A stretch of 64,000 bases of DNA, taken from NCBI GenBank assembly GCA_965203325.1, contig OZ241875.1:736001-800000 (forward strand). Direction: 5' to 3'. A program made the translations under genes and the position numbers. The notes under the pieces are model-generated. The model had not been told where the DNA came from and did not search any database. It saw nothing but the letters and a program-made list of their open reading frames with translations. Source of the stretch: a bacterium. GTDB lineage: Bacteria; UBA8248. Below are positions 8,651 to 19,602 of the stretch, piece after piece (positions within the stretch are counted from its first letter, which is position 1; every line of letters starts with the position of its first letter).

Positions 8651-11224
8651 TCACATCAAACTCAACGGGTCTACGTCCACCGCCAGACGAACGGAGGAAA
8701 AAGCCGCTTCTCCGTCAAATTCCGCCCTCAGCGAATTGACCGCCTCGCCCAGGCGCTTCGCCCCTCTGGCCTTCAGGATCATGTGATACCGCCATACGCC
8801 GCGAATCCTCACGAATGGCGCCGGCGCGGGACCCAAGTATTCGACCCCTCCAGGATCGGCGGCGCGCCCGGCGGCGGCAGCGCCATGCCTACGCAAGTAT
8901 GACGCCATCCATTCACCGGCTTTCGCGGCGAGGTGCTTGTTCTTGGACTCGAAACGCAGCCTGGCCAGACGTCGATAGGGCGGGTAACCCAACTGCTCCC
9001 GCGCCAGAGCTTCTCTCTTATAGAAACCGGCGTAATCATGCGTCCGCGCGCACTCAACGGCGAAATGATCCGGCCTGAACGTCTGGATGATGACTTCGCC
9101 GGGCAAATCGGCGCGGCCCGCCCTGCCCGCCACCTGGGTTAATAGCTGAAAAGTGCGTTCGCTCGCCCTGAAATCCGGCAGATGAAGCCCGACATCGGCC
9201 ACCACGACGCCCACGAGCGTCAGATTCGGGAAATCATGGCCTTTCGCCACCATTTGCGTCCCGATGAGGATGTCGATTTCCCCGCTTCGCATGGCGCCGA
9301 ATATGCTCTCGTATGCGCCTGCCCGGCGGGCCGTGTCGCGATCCAGACGCTGGACGCGCGCCTCCGGGAAGCGCGCTTTCACGGCCTGCTCGACGCGCTC
9401 GGTTCCAACGCCGAAGTAACCCACCTGATCACTGCGGCAGGAGGTGCACCTGCTGGGCGGATGCGCGCTGTAATCGCACCAGTGGCACTGCACCCTGCCC
9501 CCGCCTTCACGGTGAAACGTCAGCGGGATGGAGCAGTGAGGACACTCGAGTGCCTCCCCGCAATCGCGGCACAGGATCACCGAAGAGAACCCGCGGCGGT
9601 TCAGGAACAACAGCGTCTGCTCGCCTCGCTCCAGACGCTCGCCGATGGCGGTAGCCAATTCGCGCGTGAGAAGCTCGGGCGTCCTGGGGTCGGAGCCGGC
9701 CTCTTTTCTCAAATCCACCAGGCGCACCTGAGGCAACGTCCCCCCCGTGGGCCGATGCGACAGCGAGCGCAGACGGTAGCGGCCGCTTCTGGCGCTCGTA
9801 TAGCTTTCAATCGACGGCGTCGCCGAACCCAGCACGACGGGAACCCCCAGATTCCTGGCGCGCACGATGCCCGTATCCCGCGCGTTGTAGCGAGGGGATT
9901 CCTCCTGCTTGTAGGAGCCGTCGTGCTCCTCATCCACCGCGATCATCCCGAGTTTCGGAACCGGGGCGAAGACGGCGGACCTCGTGCCCACGACGATGGG
10001 CGCATCCCCGTTCTTGATGCGCCGCCATTCCGACAGGCGCTTTTTCTCCGAATAGGCGCTGTGCAGACAGGCCACCAAACCGTCAAAACGCTCCTGAAAG
10101 CGCCCCAGGAGTTGGGGAGTCAGGCCGATTTCCGGCACCAGAATCAACGCGCCCAATCCGTTTGCGAGGGCTTCTTGCGCAAGCCGGATGTAGACTTCCG
10201 TCTTCCCGCTTCCGGTGACGCCGTGTAGAAGCGTGACCGAAAAATTCTTTTTCTCGATATCCTCCTTCACCAGTTCGAACGATTCTTTCTGCTCATCGGT
10301 AAGGCCCATAGCGGGTGCATCGGCCCTTGGACTCGGCTCGCTCGCATCCTCCGCATCGGGGAGGAGGTCTTCCTCGACTTCGACCCACCCCTTTCTCTCC
10401 AGCGCCGCGCAAGCGGCGCGCGCGCCCTTCGAGAGGATTTCCAGTTCCCCCAGCCGCACCCGTCCATTTTCCGCTTCATTCAAAAGACGCAGGACTTCCG
10501 CCTGCCGCTTCGCGCGTTTTGCCAGAGACTCCAGCTCACTTTCGAGGGGCATCTTGAGAAGGCGCGCGTACTTTGCCATTTTAGGCGAAGAGCCGCCTAC
10601 GGAATCGACGATTTTCTCCACGAAGCCCGCATTGAGAAGACGCATGAGTTCCGGGCGCGTCCCGCGCCCGAACGAGGCCGCAAGAGAACCGATGGTTCTC
10701 GGGCCCTTGCGGAGCGCCACCAGTATGCGCGCCTTGTGACTCCGCTCACCCTCTGAGGGTTTGAGGCCGGGCAAACCAAGGCCGCCTTCTTCGAATGCCG
10801 CCTCCACCCGCCCTGTCTCACTCAGGCGGTAACGCTCTACAGTTTTCTTCTCCCTGTGGGACGGCAACGCGAATTTGAGCGCCTCCCCCCAACCGCAGCA
10901 ATAGTACTCCGCCACCCATCTGGTGAGTTCCAGAAGCTCCGGCGTGAGCAACGGCTCATCGTCAAGAATCTCCAGAACGGACTTTATGGACCCGGGCTCG
11001 AATCCGGGGGGCGGGCTTTCGCCCGGCGGCTGAACGACGTATCCCGTCACCTTCCGCCTGCCCAGCGGCACCAGCACGCGCAGTCCGGGCGTCAATTTCT
11101 CCGCGAACTCATGACCCGCCCGGTAGGTGAGCGGTCCGATCTGGGGGACGCTGAGCGCAACTTCGACATACCGGCTTCCCGGTTCATGCGCTCGCGCGGC
11201 CTCTTTTTTGATGGTGTATTTCAC
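8651..11224 (-). CDS. priA: Primosomal protein N' (replication restart helicase)
   Basis: GVTGSGKTEVY, DEEHD, LNRRG, four CxxC, GTQMVAKGHDFP, QVAGRAGR, VDVDP end. Confidence 0.98.
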   Translation of the reverse strand: MKYTIKKEAARAHEPGSRYVEVALSVPQIGPLTYRAGHEFAEKLTPGLRVLVPLGRRKVTGYVVQPPGESPPPGFEPGSIKSVLEILDDEPLLTPELLELTRWVAEYYCCGWGEALKFALPSHREKKTVERYRLSETGRVEAAFEEGGLGLPGLKPSEGERSHKARILVALRKGPRTIGSLAASFGRGTRPELMRLLNAGFVEKIVDSVGGSSPKMAKYARLLKMPLESELESLAKRAKRQAEVLRLLNEAENGRVRLGELEILSKGARAACAALERKGWVEVEEDLLPDAEDASEPSPRADAPAMGLTDEQKESFELVKEDIEKKNFSVTLLHGVTGSGKTEVYIRLAQEALANGLGALILVPEIGLTPQLLGRFQERFDGLVACLHSAYSEKKRLSEWRRIKNGDAPIVVGTRSAVFAPVPKLGMIAVDEEHDGSYKQEESPRYNARDTGIVRARNLGVPVVLGSATPSIESYTSARSGRYRLRSLSHRPTGGTLPQVRLVDLRKEAGSDPRTPELLTRELATAIGERLERGEQTLLFLNRRGFSSVILCRDCGEALECPHCSIPLTFHREGGGRVQCHWCDYSAHPPSRCTSCRSDQVGYFGVGTERVEQAVKARFPEARVQRLDRDTARRAGAYESIFGAMRSGEIDILIGTQMVAKGHDFPNLTLVGVVVADVGLHLPDFRASERTFQLLTQVAGRAGRADLPGEVIIQTFRPDHFAVECARTHDYAGFYKREALAREQLGYPPYRRLARLRFESKNKHLAAKAGEWMASYLRRHGAAAAGRAADPGGVEYLGPAPAPFVRIRGVWRYHMILKARGAKRLGEAVNSLRAEFDGEAAFSSVRLAVDVDPLSLM

Positions 11225-12189
11225 GGAAGAGGCGTCCCGCCGCCGAGGATGATATCGAGATGCTCGCTGGTGAGGTTACGCCCGCTCAGGATTCCGGCGA
11301 CTCGCTTGCCCTTCAGGTCCATCTTCATGGCGGCAGCCGTCGGGGCGGCGCCCGCGCCCTCGGCGATGACGTGCACGTCTGAGGCGAGCAGGCGGATGGC
11401 GTCGCACATCTCCTCCTCACTCACGGTAACGATTTCATCCACGTGTCGCCTGATCATCGAAAACGTCAGTTCGAAAGGTACCCGTGTGGCGAGTCCGTCC
11501 GCGAATGTGTCCGCTGAGGGCTGAGCCAGCATTTTTCCTTCGTAAAAGCTCTTGAAGAACGCCGGAGCGTTTTCCGCCTGGACCCCCACCACGTGGACTT
11601 TGGGATTGACCTGTTTGGCGACGAGGCCTGCCCCGGAAACCCCGCTTCCCCCGCCGAGGGGCACGATGACGACTTCGATATCCGGCTCGGCTTCCATGAT
11701 TTCGAGCGTCTGGGTCGCCACGCCCGCTATCAGATGCGGCTCGTTGGCCGAGTGAACGTAGCGCATGCCGCGCTCTTCGCACTGCTCCTCGCACCACACC
11801 CTGGCGTCGTCGAAATCCTCCCCCGCGAACGCGACTTCCGCCCCCAGCCTCTCGATGGCCGAGATTTTATCCGCGTTCGCCCCGTTCGGGGCCGCGATCA
11901 ACGCATTGACCCCGAAAATCCGCGCGGCGTAGGCGATGGACTGGCCATGGTTGCCGGTCGAGGCCGTGATGAGGCCCGCCTGCTTCTCCTCCGGGCCGAG
12001 CCTGGAGACGAGATTCACGCCGCCGCGCACCTTGAACGCGCCGATGGGCTGCATGGACTCGAATTTCAGGAAATACCGGCACCCGATGCGTTCGGAGAGC
12101 ACGGGAATTTCGTGAAAGGGCGTAGGCTGCAAGTAGGCGGCGACCCGTTTTTGCGCCTCCAGGACATCATCAAACGTGGGCTCGCGCAT
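11221..12189 (-). CDS. PLP-dependent threonine/serine dehydratase family protein
   Basis: QPIGAFKVRG (PLP Lys), ASTGNHGQ, PLGGG, ADGLA, SGRN. Confidence 0.92.
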   Translation of the reverse strand: MREPTFDDVLEAQKRVAAYLQPTPFHEIPVLSERIGCRYFLKFESMQPIGAFKVRGGVNLVSRLGPEEKQAGLITASTGNHGQSIAYAARIFGVNALIAAPNGANADKISAIERLGAEVAFAGEDFDDARVWCEEQCEERGMRYVHSANEPHLIAGVATQTLEIMEAEPDIEVVIVPLGGGSGVSGAGLVAKQVNPKVHVVGVQAENAPAFFKSFYEGKMLAQPSADTFADGLATRVPFELTFSMIRRHVDEIVTVSEEEMCDAIRLLASDVHVIAEGAGAAPTAAAMKMDLKGKRVAGILSGRNLTSEHLDIILGGGTPLP

Positions 12190-12440
12190 GGTTCCTCCAC
12201 AGGTGGGCGTATCAAGACTTCTTATATCAAAATTTCCGTCTCGGAGAGTCCCCGTAAGATAAGCAACCTGTGGTTTTCGCTATCCGCCTGAAAACCTGCG
12301 TATTAGGCCTTTCTTACGCGGCGCGGAAGAATACGGCGCCCGCCTGAATCTCGCTCAAAGAGGCAGAAGTTGACCCTCTTCTTCGCGCAACCTAGAATGC
12401 CCTTCCCATACAAGTCATCACACCGCCGTGGAGGTTGAGC

Positions 12441-12770
12441 ATGAAGAGCGCCCTGGAAATTGCGATGGAGAAAACTTCCGCCATCGGCGAGCAAGCGCGC
12501 CAGGAGCTGGAAAAACTCAGTCCCGAGCAAAGGGACAAGATTGAGGAAATCAAAAAGGTTTACGAGGGAAAAATCGCCGAAAAAGACGTTCTCCATCAAC
12601 AGGAATTGATGAAAATGACGGGCGGCGCTCCCATCGAAGCCGTCGAGGCGCAACTCGAACCCGAAGCCAGAGAAGCATTGGGCGCATTCCGCCAGAAATT
12701 CAGGAGCGAGCGCGAGGCGCTTGAATCGGAACGCGACGAGAAGATAGAAGCCGTCAAGAATGAGGGTTAA
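12441..12770 (+). CDS. Hypothetical coiled-coil protein
   Basis: GGAGG RBS; MKSALEIAMEK start; charged helical composition; 6 bp upstream of next gene. Confidence 0.8.
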   Translation: MKSALEIAMEKTSAIGEQARQELEKLSPEQRDKIEEIKKVYEGKIAEKDVLHQQELMKMTGGAPIEAVEAQLEPEAREALGAFRQKFRSEREALESERDEKIEAVKNEG

Positions 12771-12776
12771 ACGCAC

Positions 12777-13748
12777 ATGAGCCGCGTTGCGATTGTCCGT
12801 TGCGAAGACTACGACAAAGAGCGCGTGAGCGACGCCGTCGCCGAGGCTCTTGAAGCACTGGGCGGCGCGGCGCAATTCGCCTCTGAAACCGATGAGATAC
12901 TGCTCAAACCCAACATCTTGAAAGGTGCGCCGCCTGAGAGCGCGCTGACGACGCATCCCGAAATACTCCGGGCGGTGGCGGAGCAACTCCAGAATTCGGC
13001 GGCGCCGCCAGAAAAGTTATCCATGGGCGACAGTCCCGCGTGGGGGAGTCTCGCCAGTTGCGCCGAGCAAGCCGGTCTGTCGAAAGTATGCGAGGAACTC
13101 GGGCTCCCCCTCGTCTCCTTCCGGAAAGGGGTGAAGGTTCCCAATCCCGACGGCGTCGTTTATGCGCACCTCACCATGGCGAAAGAGGCCATGGACCCGG
13201 ACGGAATCATCAACCTGCCCAAGCTCAAGACGCATTGCCAGCTTTACATGACGGGCGCGGTCAAGAACCTCTTCGGCTGCGTGGCGGGCAAAAGAAAGGC
13301 GTGGTGGCATTTCAAGGCCGGAACTTTCGAGGATTATTTCCCGCTCATGCTCGTCGAAACGGCGCGGCTGCTCAAGACGAGGCTCTCCGTTCTGGACGCC
13401 GTCTGCGCGATGGAAGGACAGGGGCCCGCACAGGGAACCCCCCGCCGGGTGGGCCTCATCATCGCGAGCGCCGACCCGGTGGCGCTCGACCGCGTCGCCT
13501 GTGAGGTCACGGGACTGGCTCCCGAGAGGTTGAGAACCCTGGAAGCCGCCCGCCTGACGGGCTTCGGCGAGACGGAACTGGACAAGATCGAGGTGGCGGG
13601 ACTATCTCTTCAGGAGGCGAAGCTGTCCAAACCCCTGGTCGAACCGAGGATGATACCGATAGGCTTCAGCATTCCGCGCGTCGTCAAGAGCACGCTGAAG
13701 CAACAGTGGCTCACGCGCGTGCGCGAACCCCTCCGGAAAGTCTCCTGA
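12777..13748 (+). CDS. DUF362 domain protein
   Basis: ILLKPNIL, TTHPE, INLPKLKTH, GAVKNLFG, MEGQGP, DPVALD. Confidence 0.92.
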   Translation: MSRVAIVRCEDYDKERVSDAVAEALEALGGAAQFASETDEILLKPNILKGAPPESALTTHPEILRAVAEQLQNSAAPPEKLSMGDSPAWGSLASCAEQAGLSKVCEELGLPLVSFRKGVKVPNPDGVVYAHLTMAKEAMDPDGIINLPKLKTHCQLYMTGAVKNLFGCVAGKRKAWWHFKAGTFEDYFPLMLVETARLLKTRLSVLDAVCAMEGQGPAQGTPRRVGLIIASADPVALDRVACEVTGLAPERLRTLEAARLTGFGETELDKIEVAGLSLQEAKLSKPLVEPRMIPIGFSIPRVVKSTLKQQWLTRVREPLRKVS

Positions 13749-13761
13749 ATCTCAGCAGGGA

Positions 13762-14535
13762 TTAGATATTCGATCGGCTTTGCGAGCCGTCCACGTTCCA
13801 GCAGGCCCCGTGCACGAGGCTCGCTCTCGGGCTCACCATGAAGACGGCCACGGCTGACAGCTCCTCGGGGCGGCCGAACCGGCCCAGCGGCATTTCCGCG
13901 TCGATGAAACCCTTGAGGCCGTCGGGCGCCTCGTCTATCCGCCGCTCCCACACTCCGCCCGGGAAGAGAATGCTGCCCGGCGCAATCGAGTTCACGCGAA
14001 TGTTGTCTTGCGCCGTCTGCTGGGCGAGTCCCTTGGAGAAGCTGATGAGCGCCGCCTTGGAGGCGTTGTAGGTCATCGCGCCCTTAGATTCGCGCCCGTA
14101 GATGGAGGCGACGTTCAGGATGGAGCCGCCGCCTCTTTTTTTCATCTCAGGGATCACGAGGCGCGAGAGCGTCACCGCGTGATAGAGGTTGAAACCGAAC
14201 CCTTCGCGCCACTCCTCGTCCGTGATGTCGAGAAACACCTTGGGATTGCTGCCGCCCACGTTGTTCACGAGAATGTCGACGCCGCCGAACGCGTCGAGCG
14301 TCTTCTGGAGAAAAGCTTGGGGCACGCCCTCCTGGGTCACGTCGCCCGCCAAACCCGCCGCGCGCCCGCCGCCCAGCGCGTTCAACTCATCGACCGCCTG
14401 GTTCAGGCGCTCCTCGCCCCGCGCGCTGATCGCCACGTGGCAACCCTCTCCCACCAGATCTTTCGCGATGTGGAAGCCGAGCCCCCGGCTGCCGCCCGAG
14501 ATCATCGCCACCTTGTCGGTGAGCATCAAATCCAT
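13762..14535 (-). CDS. SDR family oxidoreductase
   Basis: Start MDLMLTDK at 14535; SGGSRGLG, LVNNVG, YNASK, NSIAPG. Confidence 0.93.
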   Translation of the reverse strand: MDLMLTDKVAMISGGSRGLGFHIAKDLVGEGCHVAISARGEERLNQAVDELNALGGGRAAGLAGDVTQEGVPQAFLQKTLDAFGGVDILVNNVGGSNPKVFLDITDEEWREGFGFNLYHAVTLSRLVIPEMKKRGGGSILNVASIYGRESKGAMTYNASKAALISFSKGLAQQTAQDNIRVNSIAPGSILFPGGVWERRIDEAPDGLKGFIDAEMPLGRFGRPEELSAVAVFMVSPRASLVHGACWNVDGSQSRSNI

Positions 14536-14579
14536 CGTTTTCCTCCCAAAACTCGGAGAATGAGGGCCTCGCGACGCCC

Positions 14580-15764
14580 TTACGCAGGCTCGTCCAGCGT
14601 CTGGGCGGCGCGCAGCAGCGTCATCGAGTCCGTCCCGTCGCCGTGCAGGAAGGTGAGGAGGTCGCGCATCATCTTCTCCGTCGGCGTCTCCTTCATGATG
14701 CCGATGCCGCCGAGAATGTCCGTGGCGAAGGCTATCGTCTTGAGCGCCACCTGATCGCTGAACACCTTTCCGTACCGCGTGAAGCGCGTGTTGTAGCTCT
14801 CGTCGTTCTCCACGCCCCAGCAGATGCGCCACATGAACTGCTCGGCCACCTCGATGTTCATCAGCATCTCGGCGAGCATGTGCTGAATCGTCTGGTGCTC
14901 GATGATGGGCTTGCCGCCCTGGATGCGCTCTTTCGCGTGCTGGAGGCAGAAGTCGTAGATGCCGCGCGCGATGCCCGTGTTGCACGCCGGAAGCTCCGCG
15001 CTGCCCCGGAACACCGTGGCGAACGTCTGAAAGCCCTTGTCGACCTCGCCCAGGATGTCGTCCTTGTGGACGCGCACGTTGTCGTAGTAGCTCTCGGCGT
15101 TGGGATACAGCCTGTAGCCGAGCTTGTCGTGCACGTTGCCGTAGGTGACGCCCTCCTGGTCTCCGTGCACGAGAAAGCAGGTGGTTCCCTGATGAAGCGG
15201 AACATCGGGGTCCGTTCTCGCGAAGACCAGCAGAATCTTCGCCCAATTCGTGAGCGACGTGAATCGTTTCGCTCCGTTGAGCACGAAATAATCGCCGTCC
15301 CGGACCGCCGAGGTCTTGAGGCCCAGCGCGGGGTCGCTCTGCCGGTAGATGTTGTCCGAGCCGTAATCCGGCTCGGTTATCACGAACGAGCCGACGCAAT
15401 CGTGGTCTTCCACGAACATCTTGCCCCACTTTTCAAGCACCGCTTCCGAACCGCATTTGAAGATCGCGTTCGACACCTTCCAGCACTGGCTCAGGCACTT
15501 GATGACGCCGATCTCGATTTGCGCGCCCGTCCAGAGGCAAAGGGCCTTGGTCGTCGTGTCGGCCCCGATGCCGCCGTGTTCCTCGGGAACCGCCATGGTC
15601 CGCAGACCGAGATGCGACGCCTTGTTGAGCAGCTCACCCGGATAGCAATCCTTGGGGTCGGGCCGCCTGTCCATCTCCGCAGCGACGGGCGCGACCTCGC
15701 GCTCCATGAAATCCCGGGTCAGGTCGGCCAGCGCCAGTTGTTCATCCGTAAATGGATATTGCAT
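14580..15764 (-). CDS. Acyl-CoA dehydrogenase family protein
   Basis: ITEPDYGSD, LNGAKRFTS, KLGYR, ERIQGGKPI, ILGGIG. Confidence 0.93.
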   Translation of the reverse strand: MQYPFTDEQLALADLTRDFMEREVAPVAAEMDRRPDPKDCYPGELLNKASHLGLRTMAVPEEHGGIGADTTTKALCLWTGAQIEIGVIKCLSQCWKVSNAIFKCGSEAVLEKWGKMFVEDHDCVGSFVITEPDYGSDNIYRQSDPALGLKTSAVRDGDYFVLNGAKRFTSLTNWAKILLVFARTDPDVPLHQGTTCFLVHGDQEGVTYGNVHDKLGYRLYPNAESYYDNVRVHKDDILGEVDKGFQTFATVFRGSAELPACNTGIARGIYDFCLQHAKERIQGGKPIIEHQTIQHMLAEMLMNIEVAEQFMWRICWGVENDESYNTRFTRYGKVFSDQVALKTIAFATDILGGIGIMKETPTEKMMRDLLTFLHGDGTDSMTLLRAAQTLDEPA

Positions 15765-15873
15765 GACTCCTCCAGATTCTCGAGAAGAATTCTTGTCAAA
15801 AGTAAGTGTGTATCCCTTGGTTATCCTCTCGCGTCCAAGGTGTCAACTTCAAACCGCAATGGCTCTCACTTCC

Positions 15874-17541
15874 TCAGGTGCTTACATGGTGCGCCGCCGC
15901 CTCATGCAACTCACCGGATATGGGAACTTTATCGTGCGCAGGCGTTCCATCAGCCCCCAGCGACACGTGGATATTCGCCAGCCAGTTCTCATCGTCGCGC
16001 TCGGGGAAATCCGACCTCGTATGCGCCCCCCGGCTTTCGGCGCGCATGAGCATCGCGCCCAGCATCGCCTCCGCCGTCAGGCACATGAGCCTCGCCTGCG
16101 CGTGGCGCGAGACGAGCGAACCTGCGGGCGTCAGCGCTTTTATGCTTTCTCGTTGAGCGGCGATTCTCTCCAGTCCATCCTGCAGCGCCTCCGAAGTCCG
16201 CTCGATGCCGCCCGCGGAGAACATGGCGTCTCGGATATTTTCTTCAATTTCATCGAGTTGATTTTCACTCGTTTGCTCTGCGCCTCGCGCATCCCTTTCA
16301 TTCTTCTCGGGCGGCCCGCCCTCTCCTTCCACATGAGCAGCCGCCCGGCCCGCCCGGTCGCCCATGACGGCGCACACGGTGAGTCCCCCGCTCGCCAGGC
16401 GGTTCGCCCCGTGCAGGCCGCCGCCGTTCTCACCGGCGGCGAAGAGGCCTTCCACGTCCGTCCGCCCGTTCGCGTCGATGATGACGCCGCCCATGCACGA
16501 GTGTGCGGCGGGAGCGATTTCTATCGGTTCTTTTCGCACGTCGAGACCCGCCGCCTCGAAATCATCGAGTATCTCGCCCATCACGTCTCTCAGCCCTTCA
16601 TAGGACACCTTGGTCAAATCGAGATACAGGCCGCCGTTTTCGCCTCCGCGTCCCTCGACGATTTCGCGGTGCATCGCGCGGGAGAGAACGTCGCGCTTGG
16701 CGTGTTCCATGTCATCCGGCGCATAGCGGGTCATGAACCGCTCGTCCAGGCTGTTCCGCAACCGTACTTCAGGGAAGGAAAGCGCCATGCCGCCCGAGTT
16801 CCTGCCCCTGAGCTGCGGCGGATGGGCCATCGCCGTCGGCGTGAACTGCACGAACTCCATGTCCCGCAACCGTGCTCCCGCATCGAGCGCCGCCCCGTAG
16901 CCGACGCCGGCGACGCCCGGCGCGTTCGTGGTGATGGGGTACATCCCCCCCAAACCGCCCATCGCGAGAACCGTGGCGCGAGCGTGCACCCGAAGCAGGC
17001 TTGAGTCCTCCTCACCCTGAAAATCAGCTCCCACGACCCTGCCACTGCCGTCACGCAGCATTCCAATGAAAGAGAGACCCTCCAGGACGCGCGCGCCACT
17101 CTGCGCGAGCCGGGCACCGAGAATCATCATCATCCGGGGGCCGCCGCCCGGCACGCGTGCTCCCCGGGGGTAGGTGTGGCCGGGTAGTTTCGTGGGCGTC
17201 ATCCGGCCGTTTTTCTCCAAAAAGGGAACCACGTAATCACGCAGGCGCTCTATCGCCGCGCCCGACTCGGCTGCGACCGTACGCACCAGCGCGGGGTCGG
17301 ACATGAACCATCCGCTGCGGAAATTATCCGCCACCATGGTTTCCACGGAATCTTCCGGCGGGGAGAAGCCCTCCAATACCGTTGCGAAAACGCCGCCCGC
17401 GCGCGCGGAATTGCCCGTCAGGCCGGCCTCGCCCTTCATGGCGATGCAGACGTCCGCCCCCTCTTCTCGCGCGGCAAGCGCGGCCAGGGTTCCGGCCAGC
17501 CCTCCGCCGACGACCAACACGTCCGTTCGTATCTCTTCCAC
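15874..17541 (-). CDS. FAD-binding protein of the L-aspartate oxidase/succinate dehydrogenase flavoprotein family
   Basis: VVGGGLAG, MEFVQFTPT, AHSCMGG, GLHGANRLAS, RAESRGAH; GTG start at 17541 after GGAGG. Confidence 0.88.
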   Translation of the reverse strand: MEEIRTDVLVVGGGLAGTLAALAAREEGADVCIAMKGEAGLTGNSARAGGVFATVLEGFSPPEDSVETMVADNFRSGWFMSDPALVRTVAAESGAAIERLRDYVVPFLEKNGRMTPTKLPGHTYPRGARVPGGGPRMMMILGARLAQSGARVLEGLSFIGMLRDGSGRVVGADFQGEEDSSLLRVHARATVLAMGGLGGMYPITTNAPGVAGVGYGAALDAGARLRDMEFVQFTPTAMAHPPQLRGRNSGGMALSFPEVRLRNSLDERFMTRYAPDDMEHAKRDVLSRAMHREIVEGRGGENGGLYLDLTKVSYEGLRDVMGEILDDFEAAGLDVRKEPIEIAPAAHSCMGGVIIDANGRTDVEGLFAAGENGGGLHGANRLASGGLTVCAVMGDRAGRAAAHVEGEGGPPEKNERDARGAEQTSENQLDEIEENIRDAMFSAGGIERTSEALQDGLERIAAQRESIKALTPAGSLVSRHAQARLMCLTAEAMLGAMLMRAESRGAHTRSDFPERDDENWLANIHVSLGADGTPAHDKVPISGELHEAAAHHVST

Positions 17542-17555
17542 GATTCCTCCGTACA

Positions 17556-18245
17556 TCAAGCAGCGGGATAAGGGAGCGGGTCGCACTCCCCGATTTCCTC
17601 GAACCCTTTCCGCCTCAGGATGCAGGCGTCGCACAACCCGCAGGGCCGCCCGTCATCCAGTGGATCGTAACAGGTATGGGTGAGAGAAAAATCCACTCCC
17701 AGTTCCAGACCCTTTCGCGCAATGTCGGACTTTCGCATCGCGCTGAGTGGCGTATGGATATCGAGAGGCGCGCCTCCGACACCCGATTTCGTCGCCAGAC
17801 GCGCCATTTGCGCGTAAGCGTTTATGTATTCCGGGCGGCAGTCGGGGTACCCCGAATAGTCGAGCGCGTTCACCCCGATGAAGATATCGCTCGCGCCTTT
17901 CACCTCGGCCAGGGCGAGCGCATAGCTCAGAAAAATCGTGTTCCGCGCGGGTACATACGTTACCGGTATGCCCTCCCCGATATCATCACGCTCCTTGGGC
18001 ACTTCGATGTCGTCCGTGAGCGCGCTTCCGCCGATGGGACGCATGTCGATGGACAAGACGGTGTGGCCGGACGCGCCGATTTGCTTCGCCACTTTTCGGG
18101 CGGCGTCCAGTTCGCAGCGGTGCCTCTGCCCATAGTCGAAACTGAGCGCCTCACAGGCGAATCCCTTTCCCTTCGCGATGGCCAGTACGACGGCGGAATC
18201 CATGCCGCCGCTCAAAAGGACGACCGCCACACTTTTCCCGTCCAT
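17556..18245 (-). CDS. queC: 7-cyano-7-deazaguanine synthase
   Basis: [42 protein letters not shown]. Confidence 0.97.
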   Translation of the reverse strand: MDGKSVAVVLLSGGMDSAVVLAIAKGKGFACEALSFDYGQRHRCELDAARKVAKQIGASGHTVLSIDMRPIGGSALTDDIEVPKERDDIGEGIPVTYVPARNTIFLSYALALAEVKGASDIFIGVNALDYSGYPDCRPEYINAYAQMARLATKSGVGGAPLDIHTPLSAMRKSDIARKGLELGVDFSLTHTCYDPLDDGRPCGLCDACILRRKGFEEIGECDPLPYPAA

Positions 18246-18365
18246 GCGCGAATTCCCGTCAATGAGCCGAGCGGATGAGCCGTTCTGCGAAAAACCGCAT
18301 AATAGGGTATTCTAGCGGTTCGGCAAAGGCGAAAGGCGTATTTCCCACAGCAGGAGGAGCGGACA

Positions 18366-19166
18366 ATGCCGGTGGCGACGGTGAACGGCGTAAACCTCAC
18401 ATACATCATGAAAGGGAGCGGCGCCCCCCTGGTCGCGATGCACGGATTCGTCAATTCCATATACACCTGGGAGCCGGTGATGGATGCGCTTTCTGCGCGC
18501 TTTCAGGCCTTTGCATACGACCACCGGGGCCACGGGGGGTCGAGCAAGCGCCTGGGCCCATTTGGTATCGAAACCCTGGCCGAGGACCTGCTCGCGCTCT
18601 TGAACTTCTGGGGACTCGACAGGGTCCACCTCATGGGGCACAGCATGGGCGGGCGGACCGCCCTGTTATTCGCTCTCGAACACCCCGAGAGGGTCGACAG
18701 CCTGATGCTCGTCGCCTCATCCGCCGCTGCGCCGGCAGGGGAAATGAAGCAGCGATTCGAGTCTTTGCGAAAGCTGGCGCTCGATGAGGGAATCGAGGCG
18801 GCCCTGGCAAGCGAGGGGATGCGGGCGACGCTGCCCCGGGACTACATCGACGGAGCGAGCGCGGATGAATTCAAGAAGCGCTTTCTCAAGAACACCCCTG
18901 AGGATTACGCCGCGGCGGTGGACGCCATCCTCAATACGCCCGATATGAGGGATCGCCTGGGAGAAATCCACGTCCCCACCTGGGTCTGCGTGGGCGAGGG
19001 AGACGCCGGGGCGATGGCGTATGGGGAGATGTTCGAAGAGCGAATCCCGGATTGCGTGAAAACGATTATCCCCGCCTGCGGGCATTTCCCGATGCAGGAT
19101 GCGCCCGGGGCCTTTTGCGCCGCGTTCGATGACTTCGTCGAGGCGGCGGTTGATTCGGACTCATAA
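18366..19166 (+). CDS. Alpha/beta fold hydrolase
   Basis: HGF, DHRGHG, GHSMGG nucleophile elbow, C-terminal GH. Confidence 0.92.
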   Translation: MPVATVNGVNLTYIMKGSGAPLVAMHGFVNSIYTWEPVMDALSARFQAFAYDHRGHGGSSKRLGPFGIETLAEDLLALLNFWGLDRVHLMGHSMGGRTALLFALEHPERVDSLMLVASSAAAPAGEMKQRFESLRKLALDEGIEAALASEGMRATLPRDYIDGASADEFKKRFLKNTPEDYAAAVDAILNTPDMRDRLGEIHVPTWVCVGEGDAGAMAYGEMFEERIPDCVKTIIPACGHFPMQDAPGAFCAAFDDFVEAAVDSDS

Positions 19167-19177
19167 GGAGAACCTCC

Positions 19178-19579
19178 ATGACGCATGACGAGGCGCTGGC
19201 CTTCCTGAGCGAACAGCACTACGGCGTCCTGAGCACCCTGCTCCAAGACGGCAGATCGCACCCCACGCCCATCGTTTTCGATTACGCAGACGGCGTCGCC
19301 GAGATTTCCATGACGTGGAACCGCGTGAAGGCCAGGAATCTCAAGCGCGATCCGAGGGCGACGCTTTGCGTGATGCCGCAGGAGAGCTTCTATCCCTATC
19401 TCTGCGCGGAGGGCGAGGCCGAACTCGTCGAAGACCCCGACGGCACGAAAAACCTGGACCTCTACCGCCGCATCACCGGAAAGGACCCCGACGACCTCGA
19501 CGAATACCTGCAAGCGATGAAGAACGAGAAGCGCCTCGTGGCGAGGCTGCGCGTCACGCGGATGTATCCGCTTGGGTGA
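19178..19579 (+). CDS. PPOX-class (split beta-barrel) flavin/F420-dependent oxidoreductase
   Basis: GVLSTLLQDGRSH, VKARNLKRDPRATL. Confidence 0.88.
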   Translation: MTHDEALAFLSEQHYGVLSTLLQDGRSHPTPIVFDYADGVAEISMTWNRVKARNLKRDPRATLCVMPQESFYPYLCAEGEAELVEDPDGTKNLDLYRRITGKDPDDLDEYLQAMKNEKRLVARLRVTRMYPLG

Positions 19580-19602
19580 GTGAAGCAAACGGAGAGAAGT
19601 GG

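Noticed and set aside
13762..15429. 555-aa ORF as a fusion protein
   Set aside because: Its N-terminal part is an off-frame read of the acyl-CoA dehydrogenase gene. The real SDR starts at 14535.
15874..17541. Calling this flavoprotein nadB or a second sdhA
   Set aside because: It lacks the covalent-FAD His of SdhA, has QFTPT instead of QFHPT, and has no nadA/nadC or sdhB neighbours. Left at family level.
17556..18245. queC as part of a dpd/Qat-type DNA-modification defence system
   Set aside because: Canonical length and motifs, with no dpdA, TatD or ATPase neighbours. Housekeeping queuosine synthesis is the simpler reading.
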